From a virus: a stretch of DNA of 64,000 nucleotides. Positions 50,101-57,454 of this stretch are shown here, piece after piece; the first letter of the stretch is position 1; each line of letters opens with the position of its first letter. The stretch spans positions 10,826 to 74,825 of the IMG/VR virus record IMGVR_UViG_3300020418_000005, one strand, 5' to 3'. Under the pieces are notes generated by a model. It did no database searches, had not been told where the DNA came from, and saw only the letters and a list, made by a program, of their open reading frames with translations. The translations under genes were made by a program, and so were the position numbers.

Positions 50101-52108
50101 CTAGTATCCATCTAGTCTGGTTTGTACCTACATTTACAATTTTAGAATCAGAAGTTTCAAAACCAGGATTTGATACTTGTATCTTATCTCCTACAGCAGA
50201 GTATGGATGTGAATCTGATGGTTGTAAATTATATACAATACCCATTGTCAACAATGTGACACCAGAACCACTGATGGTCACTGGTTTGTATACTGGTGTA
50301 CCAACATCATGCTGTACAGCACTAAATGCTGATCTATTGTCTATAATAAATTGATTTACAGTCTTATCACTAAATGTAATTGTTTCATTACCTATTAATA
50401 CTGATCCTGTAGTATCCCAACCAATAGTAGAGAACACATCAACTCTATCTCCTGTTGATGCAGTTCCTGTTAATACTTTCTCAAGTTGAGTCTTAGTTGA
50501 GACACCAAATGTACCATTAACTGTTTCTGATGCTAAAACTATGTTATAGATTATTTCACCATCTCTAGTTCCATCTGCATATACGTTATCTACAACAGCA
50601 TCTGCATAGTCATATTCTTCTGTATCAGACTGAACAATTCTCTTTCCTATTAAACTTTTTACATCACCAGATACAACCTTACACTTTAGTGCATATACAT
50701 TTATCCAATCTGCATTAGATGATTTGTATGTAAAGTCTCTTGGTTTATATACCTCAGGTTTTATAATTTTTCTTGGTCTTGTATTAGCAACCAACTCCAT
50801 ATAACCTTCATCACCATCAAGACCTGACATGTAGCGATGATAAGCACAATAATAGTAAATCTTATTAGACTCATCAACATCCATCATGAACTCTGGTTGG
50901 AATTCATTATCGTAGTTTGTCTTAACTCCAAGAACAGGTTTGCTATTGTAATATAACTGACCACCAAGTAATGTACCTTCTCTAGTGGTACTAAACTTCA
51001 TAGGATGACCATCTGGATGGATAGGCATTGGCAAGTTAGAAGGGTCAGATTGATTCCATATAATTTGCCAGTTTTGGAAGATCCTTATTCCTTCTGGTGC
51101 AAAATAATATTTGCCATATTCAAAGTTACCAAATAACTGTGGTAATTTACCAAAGTTAATGTAGAAAATACCATTAGGGAATGTGTATACTGTACTAGCA
51201 GTAAATGTTGATCCTGTAGGACCTGTAACACTATCTCCAAGACTAAAACTGTTTGATACTTGTCTTAGATATACTCTTGTTATTTCGTTCTGATCATTTC
51301 TAACAACCTTTGCAATTTCACCACTAGCACCAGTTGTTTTAATTCTTTCACCAACTACAAATTGACCATTTGGACTTGTAACGTCTATAGCGATATTATC
51401 AAACTCAGATTTTATAAACCATTCAAATTGTGCTAGATTGGTACGATCAAGAGGATCAAAGTCTTTATCAATAAGACTATTAAAAATAAATTTAATAGAA
51501 CTATCAGTTCCTTTTGCCTTATAAAAATTCTGTATGTTTTTTATTAAGGTTCTCTTATCAACACTCTCTCTAAGATATTTCTCAGGAAAAGAACCTAGAT
51601 ACTGTTTCTCAAAATTCTTGACAAACGCATATAAGAAAAGATTACTGATATTGTAAACTTTTTGACCAGCAACATGTGCAGATGCAGTTGTAGTCTCAAA
51701 TTGAGTCTCATGATACAAATCACCAAGTTTTGTGTTACCACTAACACCTCGTGTGCAACCTTGTAGTGTAGTATCAGTTCTAGTTGCGTAAAATATTATC
51801 TCATCATCTATTCTGATATATCCTTCTGCCTTTGGAAAACTCGTTGCATCTTGTAATACAATTGTGTCGCTAGTATCAGTGATACTAACATCCAAAGTAT
51901 CAAACTGTCTAAGTAAGTTTTGTTCATAGTAATCAATGTCTGCGTATTTTTGAAGATTGCTAATAACATCTAACGTACCACCCTGTACCTCCTGATGCTC
52001 GTAATACTTTTCTACGAACTTAGTAAAAAGTTCATATTCTGTACTAATAAACTCAGGAAGTTGAGTCTCAATTAGAGTCGAGATTCGCTTTGTCTTAGCA
52101 ACAACCAT
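41117..52108 (-). CDS. g7: Giant baseplate wedge initiator gp7-like protein (3663 aa) with many inserted domains
   Basis: ISTLIETQLPEFI, NFYKAKGTDSSIKFIF, HSPIIGFAYDGNPIYG (YHYH-like), DSTFYQDYSYVIKS...HPAGFKLFG; located between g6 and g8. Confidence 0.82.
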   Translation of the reverse strand: MVVAKTKRISTLIETQLPEFISTEYELFTKFVEKYYEHQEVQGGTLDVISNLQKYADIDYYEQNLLRQFDTLDVSITDTSDTIVLQDATSFPKAEGYIRIDDEIIFYATRTDTTLQGCTRGVSGNTKLGDLYHETQFETTTASAHVAGQKVYNISNLFLYAFVKNFEKQYLGSFPEKYLRESVDKRTLIKNIQNFYKAKGTDSSIKFIFNSLIDKDFDPLDRTNLAQFEWFIKSEFDNIAIDVTSPNGQFVVGERIKTTGASGEIAKVVRNDQNEITRVYLRQVSNSFSLGDSVTGPTGSTFTASTVYTFPNGIFYINFGKLPQLFGNFEYGKYYFAPEGIRIFQNWQIIWNQSDPSNLPMPIHPDGHPMKFSTTREGTLLGGQLYYNSKPVLGVKTNYDNEFQPEFMMDVDESNKIYYYCAYHRYMSGLDGDEGYMELVANTRPRKIIKPEVYKPRDFTYKSSNADWINVYALKCKVVSGDVKSLIGKRIVQSDTEEYDYADAVVDNVYADGTRDGEIIYNIVLASETVNGTFGVSTKTQLEKVLTGTASTGDRVDVFSTIGWDTTGSVLIGNETITFSDKTVNQFIIDNRSAFSAVQHDVGTPVYKPVTISGSGVTLLTMGIVYNLQPSDSHPYSAVGDKIQVSNPGFETSDSKIVNVGTNQTRWILGTGNAVNVPTLPAVSTSLDQVSTNVSAILADDQYYYIASSSFPSHKILDGSVVNQTVLDQKLLRIIRKQATRTTETYPTPKRDVGIGLNGVPFYGYKDPESIRYGKLEQIKVDLRGTGYVRPPFVLIDQVPNKARAILAGQVVESITVDTSDVFPRTPDIIITSGRNAAVRAVVTGGKVTSLILDNAGEFYSSPPKIEIRDNAGRGRFAEFEAIVNTDGQITGFNKIAEGNFYSQDTVIVDIVPVGNGATGIPLLKEWNFNRYKKLESKLDTENGYVFDNYNNVLEYGYGYAANPKALRVSLSDNINSAGTEPASKSHSPIIGFAYDGNPIYGAFGYENPLDSTSSIIRMTSSYSINGNRSEGPDLTRYPIGTFVNDYTYTHKSGTLDENNGRFCITPDFPQGTYAYFLTIDSNQVPQYPYILGENFYSLPVDSNYNSNINQNDIPKKARRFYQAGMPRNGDGFLAQIEEVKQGNVESVRVVDSSANFSINSQVYFDNTGTQGSEAEAIISSVKGKTVSYLQSKEDKVVKLTVIQNAYLFADDTLTQPSSGAFGSIVGTVKNDSTIVLKNVTGTFDNTGTFSAAIKTFDVLLDQRSSYTKGATLSLTDGVNAPIATAEVLEGTSAQNVVQIKVLTGTWIVDDNYFLQSSDLFNTSGTRIVRLTSLSDGLNPFEVNQSVALIETTSPHGLGIGDNVDIEINPNDNTKTKNYYVRKRLYQEAILLPPSAKTKINFTGIGRYEVLNGGADYTAGTYTSVALTGGSGSGATAIFTVSDAGVISDIQIQDAGVGYAQGDYLSVADEDLVRSGASTSTARLTLYVGHVGIAAGATKVTVDSAQGFAENDLIQIGQEILKISGINANDISVIRGQEGTTDVDHFDGQEVSLYKAQYNFTNNYQIFTGSLSGYIQSYDPVTHKIIIVYDYATLNTNANKVVLSSSFFDTSSPQRLVSVRSAEDVVYKFEFSEDNSTFVPNPNIDLQEFYKYKFDTSHSSLTGTYFDISPSRNYNLITVEKLESTVLPGNSGAFTDVKFGFGSRLATNNYQTKVGTDFTNFYYFDNKNVVNAEGAYFKIVTDPLQGTKTINYVTPNRFVYDVINTPLWDGSGSISYTTTGQFAIGKIDKVSIINLGLNYKKVPIITGIDPNESYRATATVLFDTASQTITGVDITNEGSNYVNPKIVVTKSDGADAKFKVLVRDGKVTSITVEKTGKGYTYAPEILIVEGDVEAYAESTTIGVPQSVRITSNGGAFHLDETVSSTFRSNYVLSLRDYNGNFRIGEQVVQKINGVEVFRATVVEWRFGSNLLKVANSTGIIRQNISIESVLMPVSGIVQSVFVTTFNEEISSFYDNLGYYQSDKGKLGVQNQKILDSTFYQDYSYVIKSGTSIEQWRDLIKATTHPAGFKLFGQVDLEATANLETTDQGSLVELPKKRIPDSSHFSVVQLWDPDKNKITVENSRRTVTQTVQKIENQRIRKGFGTAATSDFNFNEAEIFEFTLDASFDGYFDNDGRLQGTTTFTTKKDGVAFNLADNKQKNMIVTLDGVIQEPGVAYSLSSGSIVFSQPPLAGVTFYGKVFKFKEEQYNTKYFKKVRNIFQRGGTWIDAANQIERNVQFIVNETVGYGKATHPSLDWATKQDDYEANIRAILDAYQHDIRFGGNVKTIDYASIFSSGSAYLYIRNYKTESNDIFEYATRLAKLAIRNWDFVDVNIEYVQGQKTMTVSSTKNLAIGLFVSSGRSYPTGTKIVSIDSETQITLNNAALANSGGGGGAPAGTTPVTGTGSTGSIATSTAQVPLGSTFSVPPGATVTVPLSFSGTTQAKFGWSALNKGMFYKAGQLISSNRAYIISTSLAWAQAQYPSLNWGTISSKCGRDIGLILDAYVYHLKMGGNFKIVEAAQLYYQKKEYPYGEELYYITGSLTETVATFNYAKDLMVQAMRNQLPTTDPNAIVDSLSPVCAEVESTLNTYHSIVNTILTEGRGLIEKTPVNQNKSGNWTGTVTYSNYNILGDPLLPAEECTTVISAMDSLYDNLSGTIKEESTTRSLPDYIDGETTDFELYWDDNTEVDTEEDEDLFLTINSVLQRPKFTENYPLQDAYWIDRTVIPNVVKFDVAPIWDQDLGAKTIGEPTAVEKVVGIGVGNYKRLTIDFDLVDGVRNGPFLILDVEDMTVQNIESEDSLYVFLDGVLQVKGKAYTVSGPNITFHDSIKKEMRIDIRYLYGRDVGQILNIYDFAPDSYFGQGTFSFTASQQNMDTLLKYSWMNEKIGNPIHVWQTRADNTKNIIGEITNPIRTGNTVVFTLKCHNSNIEAGLDYTFASKGNYNNTFVLTDGEIADEILNFKKDADGRKILRDANADWSGTNYGKTYKAPFVYLSNQDNIRVEGEDKFRRIKKLPTETTSKDGRPNEQTSDDIFGAVSVETYTGITRGEGLSVVAEIENGSVISLTWNQRSYNPLTQPTAYQYFTPPVLKFESLDGNGGGARANVLVSKGQVISVDLIDGGSGYTKAPKVITTRRFDILSDREVGVSLINVAVSPFVESGGMSAFSVITEIDESGLSSITGISTLSVRAPDGGAEIQFEREFTPDEIEVFSIGGALDPERDYVEINTNRPTAAADVQVFEGPAYEATVVSAEIQDIVSLNSISTVSKAITATQQIEIPNNAISNVNYFENAAYLDLDFNIGDTIAYIPDTFKFAPMGRLMVGNEIVYYNKKLSDRFYQIIRGYENTTEQDWVAGTYLRQIEDVTVISAGLLQVESESDVKMINIGFVDSGFERKVQRQVTSPSDLEITKEAVEVLIVPPPGGAIDGYEETAFINDPVQQRNQNQVDLIENALGNYTVTQRDGTIIEIRNEKFGTNEYVGSYIKTTVGPNIGNWQYISFDDGTCDVSNLTISDISTYFPSLTLGDFVDRAKSTFTKAGDKFNLALPSIQNPVAISSTVGTIGGDIVVQDTTYFPTTGYLLHNNGTYTGIIKYTGKTANSFTGCTRHNGDNQIASGSEIVPISIV

Positions 52109-52112
52109 TTAC

Positions 52113-53909
52113 TTACTCTTTATATGCAGTGAAGGATGAATTAGCAACGTCAACGTCAAGGTATACCTCACGCATTGCTTTGATATCATTAGAAAGGGGT
52201 TTTACTCTTAGTGAAATACGATTATCAAAGAAACTTCCTTTAATAATTGTTAAGGCATACATCTTTAACTCACCTTTTACATAATCTATGTCGCCAATAT
52301 CGCTGTCAAGGACAACCTTTTCACCAGTTACGCTATCTAGTCTATATAGGACAATTTTCTTATCCCTATCCTCAACGTAAACATCAAAATTAGGATATTC
52401 AGTTACCCTAAAACCAGTAGATGACAATACAGGATCATCACAGTCCTCATCAAAGGCATTTTGGAAACATACCTCGTAATAGAATGTAGAATTTAACTGT
52501 GGGTAGAAGTCTTTTCTCATTATGACACTGGTGAGATTAGAATTGATACTCACATCAGCATCATCTATTACACCAACAAATTTACTATACCTAAACTTGC
52601 CATTAAACTTCTCAGTATCACTTATATCAATATAAGACTGTATACTAGAAATTGTCTTATCTCTAATTTGTGCTGGTCTTTGATCAGTCATACCACCATT
52701 GTAAAAAATCTTACTTGTCATTTCAATATACAAAATAGATGGATCTACAATCTGTGGTTCTACAGATGCAACAACATACTTCTTAAGATCACTAACAATT
52801 TGTGATTTTGTTAATGATGTAAGGTAACTTGCGTCATTTGGTTTTAATACAATGAATACTTTTCCATATTGTGGAGGATCCTGATCCTCTCCACCAAATA
52901 TAATGATATCACTTGTTGCTGGATATACTTTTCTTACAATTGCTTCATAGTCCTGTGCGGTCACTGCACGGTCTTGTGTGCCATATGCTTTTGGAGCAGT
53001 GTATTTTATCTTAGAAGTACTTTCTACTGCTTCACCACCCGAAGAGGCAGTGCTTGATGTAACTGTAGTTGTAAAAGCGTTAGGACTTACACCATTTGGA
53101 TTTTGTACAACACCAGTAAAGACAAATGTCTTAACTCCATTACTTTCAGGACCTGAAGTTGTAACATATGATACTTCAACACGTGAGTTGTTTGAAACTT
53201 TCTTACCTAATACACCATCTCCTAGTAGTATTTCATATCTTTGATCTTCAATCTCATCCACAAAGAATACTTTTGAGTCACCATCAACACCTAAAATGTT
53301 ATCAGCAACTTTATATTCCTCATTAAATGTGCCACCGCCAGGATATACCTGTACTCTAATTGTATTAGTATCAATATCTTGATTATCTAAAATAAATCTT
53401 TGACTCTTAATAGCACTGTTAACAGTAAATGTATTAGTAAGAAGTGTACCTTCTCTAATAGGAACATTAGTAAATGTAGCAACATTATTCACAACTTGTC
53501 CTGTAACATCATCAGTTACAATGTAAGAATAGATGTTGTTATCATATGAAGAAACAAAACCAGTTCCTGCCTGTAATATTAACTCAGTGTCAGTTGTTGC
53601 ATTAGTATAGTTAATATTAAAAGAAACATATGCTATAGGTGATGTTGCTGATTTAGGTCTATATCCTAACTGCTTTGCTATCGCTACTACATTGTCTCTC
53701 AACGTTGCTGAATCAATGAACATCTCATTGACTACCATATTGGTATTGAACGCTGTGTAGTAAGTGTTATAAGCGAGTGTATCAATTATAGTTGCTAATG
53801 CACTACCTTCAAAATCATAGTCAGTAAAATCTGACTGCGATCTCATATACTCTTTGAGAGAAACTTTTATCTGTTCAAAATCTAAATTGGATACCTGAGT
53901 GTATGGCAT
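52113..53909 (-). CDS. g6: Baseplate wedge subunit gp6
   Basis: LDFEQIK, FTDYDFEGS, LAYNTYY, AKQLGY.PKS, QDRAVTAQDYE. Confidence 0.93.
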   Translation of the reverse strand: MPYTQVSNLDFEQIKVSLKEYMRSQSDFTDYDFEGSALATIIDTLAYNTYYTAFNTNMVVNEMFIDSATLRDNVVAIAKQLGYRPKSATSPIAYVSFNINYTNATTDTELILQAGTGFVSSYDNNIYSYIVTDDVTGQVVNNVATFTNVPIREGTLLTNTFTVNSAIKSQRFILDNQDIDTNTIRVQVYPGGGTFNEEYKVADNILGVDGDSKVFFVDEIEDQRYEILLGDGVLGKKVSNNSRVEVSYVTTSGPESNGVKTFVFTGVVQNPNGVSPNAFTTTVTSSTASSGGEAVESTSKIKYTAPKAYGTQDRAVTAQDYEAIVRKVYPATSDIIIFGGEDQDPPQYGKVFIVLKPNDASYLTSLTKSQIVSDLKKYVVASVEPQIVDPSILYIEMTSKIFYNGGMTDQRPAQIRDKTISSIQSYIDISDTEKFNGKFRYSKFVGVIDDADVSINSNLTSVIMRKDFYPQLNSTFYYEVCFQNAFDEDCDDPVLSSTGFRVTEYPNFDVYVEDRDKKIVLYRLDSVTGEKVVLDSDIGDIDYVKGELKMYALTIIKGSFFDNRISLRVKPLSNDIKAMREVYLDVDVANSSFTAYKE

Positions 53910-54301
53910 TATCTTGTACGCTCTAGAAAGAAGTCTACCGCCACTGGTCTGTCGTCTCTACCTACAATTTTGTACTGCATTTCAACATTGTAACCGTTGT
54001 TATCAAAATCAACTTCACAATAAATTTTTTGTACTCTTACTCTTGGTTCATACTTATTAATACATTTTGCAATCTCTTGTTTTATCATTGCAGCAGAACC
54101 ATAGTCTAATGGTTCAAACAACATATCCTGTAAACCAGAACCTAAGTTAGGTTGAAAAGGTCTTTCACCCTTTTTAGTCATTAATAAGTTTGTTATAGAC
54201 TGTGCAATCGCAGACTTATCCTTCACTGAGACAAGATCGTCAGTAACAGGATGTTTTTTGAATGTAACACTCAAATCTTTGAATGTCTGGAACGATGGCA
54301 T
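53909..54301 (-). CDS. g25: Baseplate wedge subunit gp25
   Basis: AIAQSITNLLMTKKGERPFQPNLGS..LFEP..YEPRV; ATAAATA site at 54325-54331. Confidence 0.93.
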   Translation of the reverse strand: MPSFQTFKDLSVTFKKHPVTDDLVSVKDKSAIAQSITNLLMTKKGERPFQPNLGSGLQDMLFEPLDYGSAAMIKQEIAKCINKYEPRVRVQKIYCEVDFDNNGYNVEMQYKIVGRDDRPVAVDFFLERTR

Positions 54302-54327
54302 TTATAGACAGCATTGGCTGCTTTTAT

Positions 54328-54507
54328 TTATCCACCTTTTCTGAACTTAGTGCACTCGTCAAGGAATTCCTTCTTTCTCTTCATCTCAAACAATTCTCTT
54401 TCGTCATTCTTCTCAATCTTATCTAACCACTCCTGTGCATCGTACTCAGAGATGAGTTTCTTACCACTTTTCTTAAATTCTTCAGATTTGTCTACTTTAA
54501 TTACCAT
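54328..54507 (-). CDS. Hypothetical protein (MVIKVDKSEEF...); start moved to 54507
   Basis: AGGAG Shine-Dalgarno-like sequence upstream of this ATG. Confidence 0.7.
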   Translation of the reverse strand: MVIKVDKSEEFKKSGKKLISEYDAQEWLDKIEKNDERELFEMKRKKEFLDECTKFRKGG

Positions 54508-55153
54508 TTGTTTTCTCCTTAGGTGTTTCCCAGAAATAATCATCGGTATCTCCTAACCGCCCCCACTCAGTCCCATTCTCGACCTGATACTCTATGGTAG
54601 AAACCTTAAAGTCTGGTGTCTTAGGATGTTGTGGAGTGATAGAGAGGTCATACAGACGCATCCTGTTGTTAGGATACAATGCATACTGTCCATTCTCTAG
54701 TTGGATACAATTATGACTCTTATGCTCTTGTGGCACTTCGCTTACATTATTATCTATCACATCAGGATTCGCATGGTAGTTATCAAGAGTAAAAATATAT
54801 TGCCCTTTCATCAGACCATGGTCTCTTGTCCGTATCTCCGCATCCATAGAAGATATGAAACCTTTATTGATTGCCATCACACCATAATCCATACAATTCC
54901 AAAATTGCAGATTCTCTAGACTCATATCGGGCGTCGGCGTTTTCGGTGCTCGGAGAAAGGCACTTATAGGAAGTTTATCATACATCGCACCATACTCAGG
55001 TAAGTACGTCTCAAAATAAAAAGCACGACCAGGTATACTTTTACAAGCAACCCAGACGCCCTCGACAAACTCACCAAATCCACTTTGATGGTCAGTCAAA
55101 TATTCTTTACGTACCCACACCTTCTCAGAAGGCAAATTACAGATCAGATTCAT
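54497..55153 (-). CDS. Conserved cyanophage hypothetical protein (MNLICNLP...); start moved to 55153
   Basis: VWVRKEYL.DH..G.GEF, GAMYDKLPISAF, HKSHNCI.L.NGQYALYPNNR. Confidence 0.8.
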   Translation of the reverse strand: MNLICNLPSEKVWVRKEYLTDHQSGFGEFVEGVWVACKSIPGRAFYFETYLPEYGAMYDKLPISAFLRAPKTPTPDMSLENLQFWNCMDYGVMAINKGFISSMDAEIRTRDHGLMKGQYIFTLDNYHANPDVIDNNVSEVPQEHKSHNCIQLENGQYALYPNNRMRLYDLSITPQHPKTPDFKVSTIEYQVENGTEWGRLGDTDDYFWETPKEKTNGN

Positions 55154-55322
55154 TAGTCGTAACAATCCCACTTTTATGATGAAATACCTCAACATACGCT
55201 TGACATTTCGGACAAGTGAAGTTAGACCAGAAGTCATACTCAGACTCGTCACCATCATTTAAGTCTTCTACGGAGTGATCTCCACCCCATATCAATTCAG
55301 TTCCACAGTGCCAACAGTTCAT
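55137..55322 (-). CDS. Small zinc-ribbon protein
   Basis: CWHC...CPKC. Confidence 0.7.
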   Translation of the reverse strand: MNCWHCGTELIWGGDHSVEDLNDGDESEYDFWSNFTCPKCQAYVEVFHHKSGIVTTNESDL

Positions 55323-55567
55323 TGTATTATCGGCATCCTGCTACTATTATCTGGTCTTCCATAGATATGTGGATCTATGCTGTGTGGCATAGTGATAATA
55401 TCTATAGTCTCTTCAAACCACCTATTCATGGATCGTGACATAGCACGATATCCAGAACCAACATAGATTTGTCCTGCAATAACTCCCACAGTAGCAGCAC
55501 CCCAGAACAAATAGTAGTAAGAAGACTTAAACTGACTTCTCACTTTCGTAATATAATTCTTCTTCAC
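55319..55567 (-). CDS. Small membrane protein
   Basis: YYYLFWGAATVGVIAGQIYVG hydrophobic segment; GTGA overlap with the upstream stop. Confidence 0.7.
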   Translation of the reverse strand: MKKNYITKVRSQFKSSYYYLFWGAATVGVIAGQIYVGSGYRAMSRSMNRWFEETIDIITMPHSIDPHIYGRPDNSSRMPIIQ

Positions 55568-55710
55568 TTTCCTTGTCCTCTATATCTTTTCCTTGCTTTA
55601 TTTCTACTAGTCGCAGAATACTTAGAATGTTGTCCAGTACCCTGTCTAGTTTTCTTGGGTGTACTCTCAATAGTAGGAGTAATACCCCAACCACCTTTTG
55701 CTTTTGCCAT
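55564..55710 (-). CDS. Small very basic protein, 48 aa (MAKAKGGWG...RNKARKRYRGQGK), below ORF-track cutoff
   Basis: Read manually; KKTRQG.G...K.YRGQG motif; coupled to the next gene. Confidence 0.75.
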   Translation of the reverse strand: MAKAKGGWGITPTIESTPKKTRQGTGQHSKYSATSRNKARKRYRGQGK

Positions 55711-55756
55711 ATAATAATTAATTATGTTTGTATGATACCATAAGACTTGGTAATTG

Positions 55757-56188
55757 TCAACCAGGTCCTCCAGTACCTATGAATATCCTAGGACCACCAA
55801 TTCCAGTAGCATACTTGAAAGGTCCTACCAAATTTCTTTGAGTACTCAGTAACTTTACTGTATCTCCAGTCACAGCGGGTAACTGATTGTTAAAGTAAAC
55901 ATTAGAGTTTTTTGTTGAAAGTATCACCCTAGTGCCTGGTATACAAACACCTAAGAAACTAATAGTCTTTATGCCAGGTACTGGGTTGATTAAAGTAGGT
56001 TCTGGACTAGGTAAACCAACGTGAAATGATACTAACTCTGCATTAGCATTCTGAGGATTACCATAACGTATGTTTCCTTTACCTTTATTGCATATAAATT
56101 CTGTACCACCTAACGCAGTAGGAGGATATGTACAGTTTACATCTGTACTGATAGAATCAAAACAGTCTTTACCTACGATAAATGCCAT
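55757..56188 (-). CDS. PAAR-like spike tip protein (gp5.4-like), divergent
   Basis: NSNVYFNNQLPAVTGD motif, Cys/His residues, position upstream of g25; TAATG-coupled start at 56188. Confidence 0.5.
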   Translation of the reverse strand: MAFIVGKDCFDSISTDVNCTYPPTALGGTEFICNKGKGNIRYGNPQNANAELVSFHVGLPSPEPTLINPVPGIKTISFLGVCIPGTRVILSTKNSNVYFNNQLPAVTGDTVKLLSTQRNLVGPFKYATGIGGPRIFIGTGGPG

Positions 56189-56331
56189 TATTGTTGTTGC
56201 TGACAATTACAGATATTTAGATATACTTCCATCTTCTCGTATACCTCTTTGACATCCTCTTCAGATTTCCGAGACTTCCACAACTGTCTTACAATAACTT
56301 CAAGTTCTTTTTTATCTACATCAATAAGCAT
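56188..56331 (-). CDS. Hypothetical protein, 47 aa (MLIDVDKKELEVIVRQLWKSRK...)
   Basis: Read manually; overlaps both neighbours. Confidence 0.6.
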   Translation of the reverse strand: MLIDVDKKELEVIVRQLWKSRKSEEDVKEVYEKMEVYLNICNCQQQQ

Positions 56332-56503
56332 TTTCAGATCCACCAATCTTTGCTAACATTCTAGTACAAAAGTCATACATCTGTTGATGTACTGATATAT
56401 CACAAGATGCATACGACGGTGTGTCGATATATTTTGAATCCTTCAGAGGATTTTCATCAAACCAATCATCATAAGGTAATTTGTTTGGTGCTTTGAAAGT
56501 CAT
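56321..56503 (-). CDS. Hypothetical protein
   Basis: ORF track; ATGA coupling. Confidence 0.65.
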   Translation of the reverse strand: MTFKAPNKLPYDDWFDENPLKDSKYIDTPSYASCDISVHQQMYDFCTRMLAKIGGSENAY

Positions 56504-56664
56504 GTTTTTTCTAGTAATACTTCATCAATATACTGAGGATGATCTTTCAGAAAAGGAACATCTTCCTTAGCATGTTGAATTGCATCAAATGTGTTATCTG
56601 CATACTCGCAGATCTCAAAGTGATGTCTTTGTTGGTCGTGATAACCTACTGTGTAATGTGACAC
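56500..56664 (-). CDS. Hypothetical protein, 54 aa (MSHYTVGYHD...EICEYA...EDVPFLKDHP), GTG start
   Basis: Read manually; coupled at both ends. Confidence 0.65.
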   Translation of the reverse strand: MSHYTVGYHDQQRHHFEICEYADNTFDAIQHAKEDVPFLKDHPQYIDEVLLEKT

Positions 56665-56891
56665 TATACTGCCCTCGCTACGTTTAGTAAATCTTGTTTG
56701 ATTCCTTCGACATTATTGTGAAGATAGTCGAGTGTCTGAGCGACAGTCTCGTAATCCTCACTCGTTGGTCGCTTGTACATCAATGACGGATTCGCCAGTC
56801 TCTCCAAAGTCCTCTCTAGGGAATTTAACTTCTCGGACTGCCATAGGAGTGTCTCCTCCAATTCGTTCAATTTCTTTGATAACTCTTCCAT
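56664..56891 (-). CDS. Hypothetical coiled-coil protein (MEELSKKL...)
   Basis: GGAGG upstream of ATG 56891; overlaps 56758..57024 in another frame. Confidence 0.6.
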   Translation of the reverse strand: MEELSKKLNELEETLLWQSEKLNSLERTLERLANPSLMYKRPTSEDYETVAQTLDYLHNNVEGIKQDLLNVARAV

Positions 56892-57024
56892 TGTTTGGAT
56901 CACCTCCATTATATGATTCAGATGCCCTCTTCTCGAACTGATCACAGAAGTCATCGAAGTTATTCAGCATATCTTCGTAATCTAATCCGTCATCTTCAAA
57001 GAATTGGTGTGCGACTTTTTTCAT
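56758..57024 (-). CDS. Acidic hypothetical protein, first gene of the late block
   Basis: ORF track; ATAAATA late-promoter-like site near 57086-57092. Confidence 0.55.
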   Translation of the reverse strand: MKKVAHQFFEDDGLDYEDMLNNFDDFCDQFEKRASESYNGGDPNNGRVIKEIERIGGDTPMAVREVKFPREDFGETGESVIDVQATNE

Positions 57025-57160
57025 GATTTTTTACCAGGAAAATTTTTTTCGTTTTGATGTTTTTGGTTTTTCATTTTCCTATTAATATTTATTTCTCGGT
57101 CAAGTGGATACTTTTGTAGGTTAGCGTTTTCTAATTTTGCTCGGCAACCAACCCCCCATT

Positions 57161-57188
57161 AAAAAAACCCCCCGATACTGTCGAGGGG
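57161..57188 (-). terminator. Rho-independent terminator closing the early region
   Basis: Minus strand CCCCTCGA-CAGTA-TCGGGGGG followed by T7. Confidence 0.85.
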
Positions 57189-57201
57189 CGGGAGACTGTG
57201 A

Positions 57202-57381
57202 TTAGTCTGCGTCTGTGTAAGACCCCTGCACTACTCTGTTTCCGTTGAGTGCATAGAACACGACCTCAGCGAGACCATATTCTTGTGCTAGGTCGTAGCA
57301 TATATCCCAACACTCATCGAGAGATGTTCTCTCTTCTCTGATGTTTGTGTTTGGAACTTCGATAACGTATGAATTAAACAT
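57202..57381 (-). CDS. Early hypothetical protein, 59 aa (MFNSYVIEVPNT...)
   Basis: Read manually; has its own promoter (TCGCAC-17-TATAAT) and a downstream terminator. Confidence 0.7.
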   Translation of the reverse strand: MFNSYVIEVPNTNIREERTSLDECWDICYDLAQEYGLAEVVFYALNGNRVVQGSYTDAD

Positions 57382-57450
57382 AATAATTAAATAACTGATT
57401 TATACCTCTATTATAAACACACTTGAGGTAAAGTGCGAGCATTGTTTACA
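57382..57450 (-). promoter_or_regulatory. Sigma70-like promoter TCGCAC-N17-TATAAT with AAATCAG leader (no canonical upstream box)
   Basis: Seen in sequence. Confidence 0.55.
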
Positions 57451-57454
57451 TTTG

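Noticed and set aside
1502-55714. Dozens of plus-strand ORFs of 60-156 aa opposite the structural genes
   Set aside because: Antisense shadows of the long minus-strand genes; no start signals and no protein-like motifs
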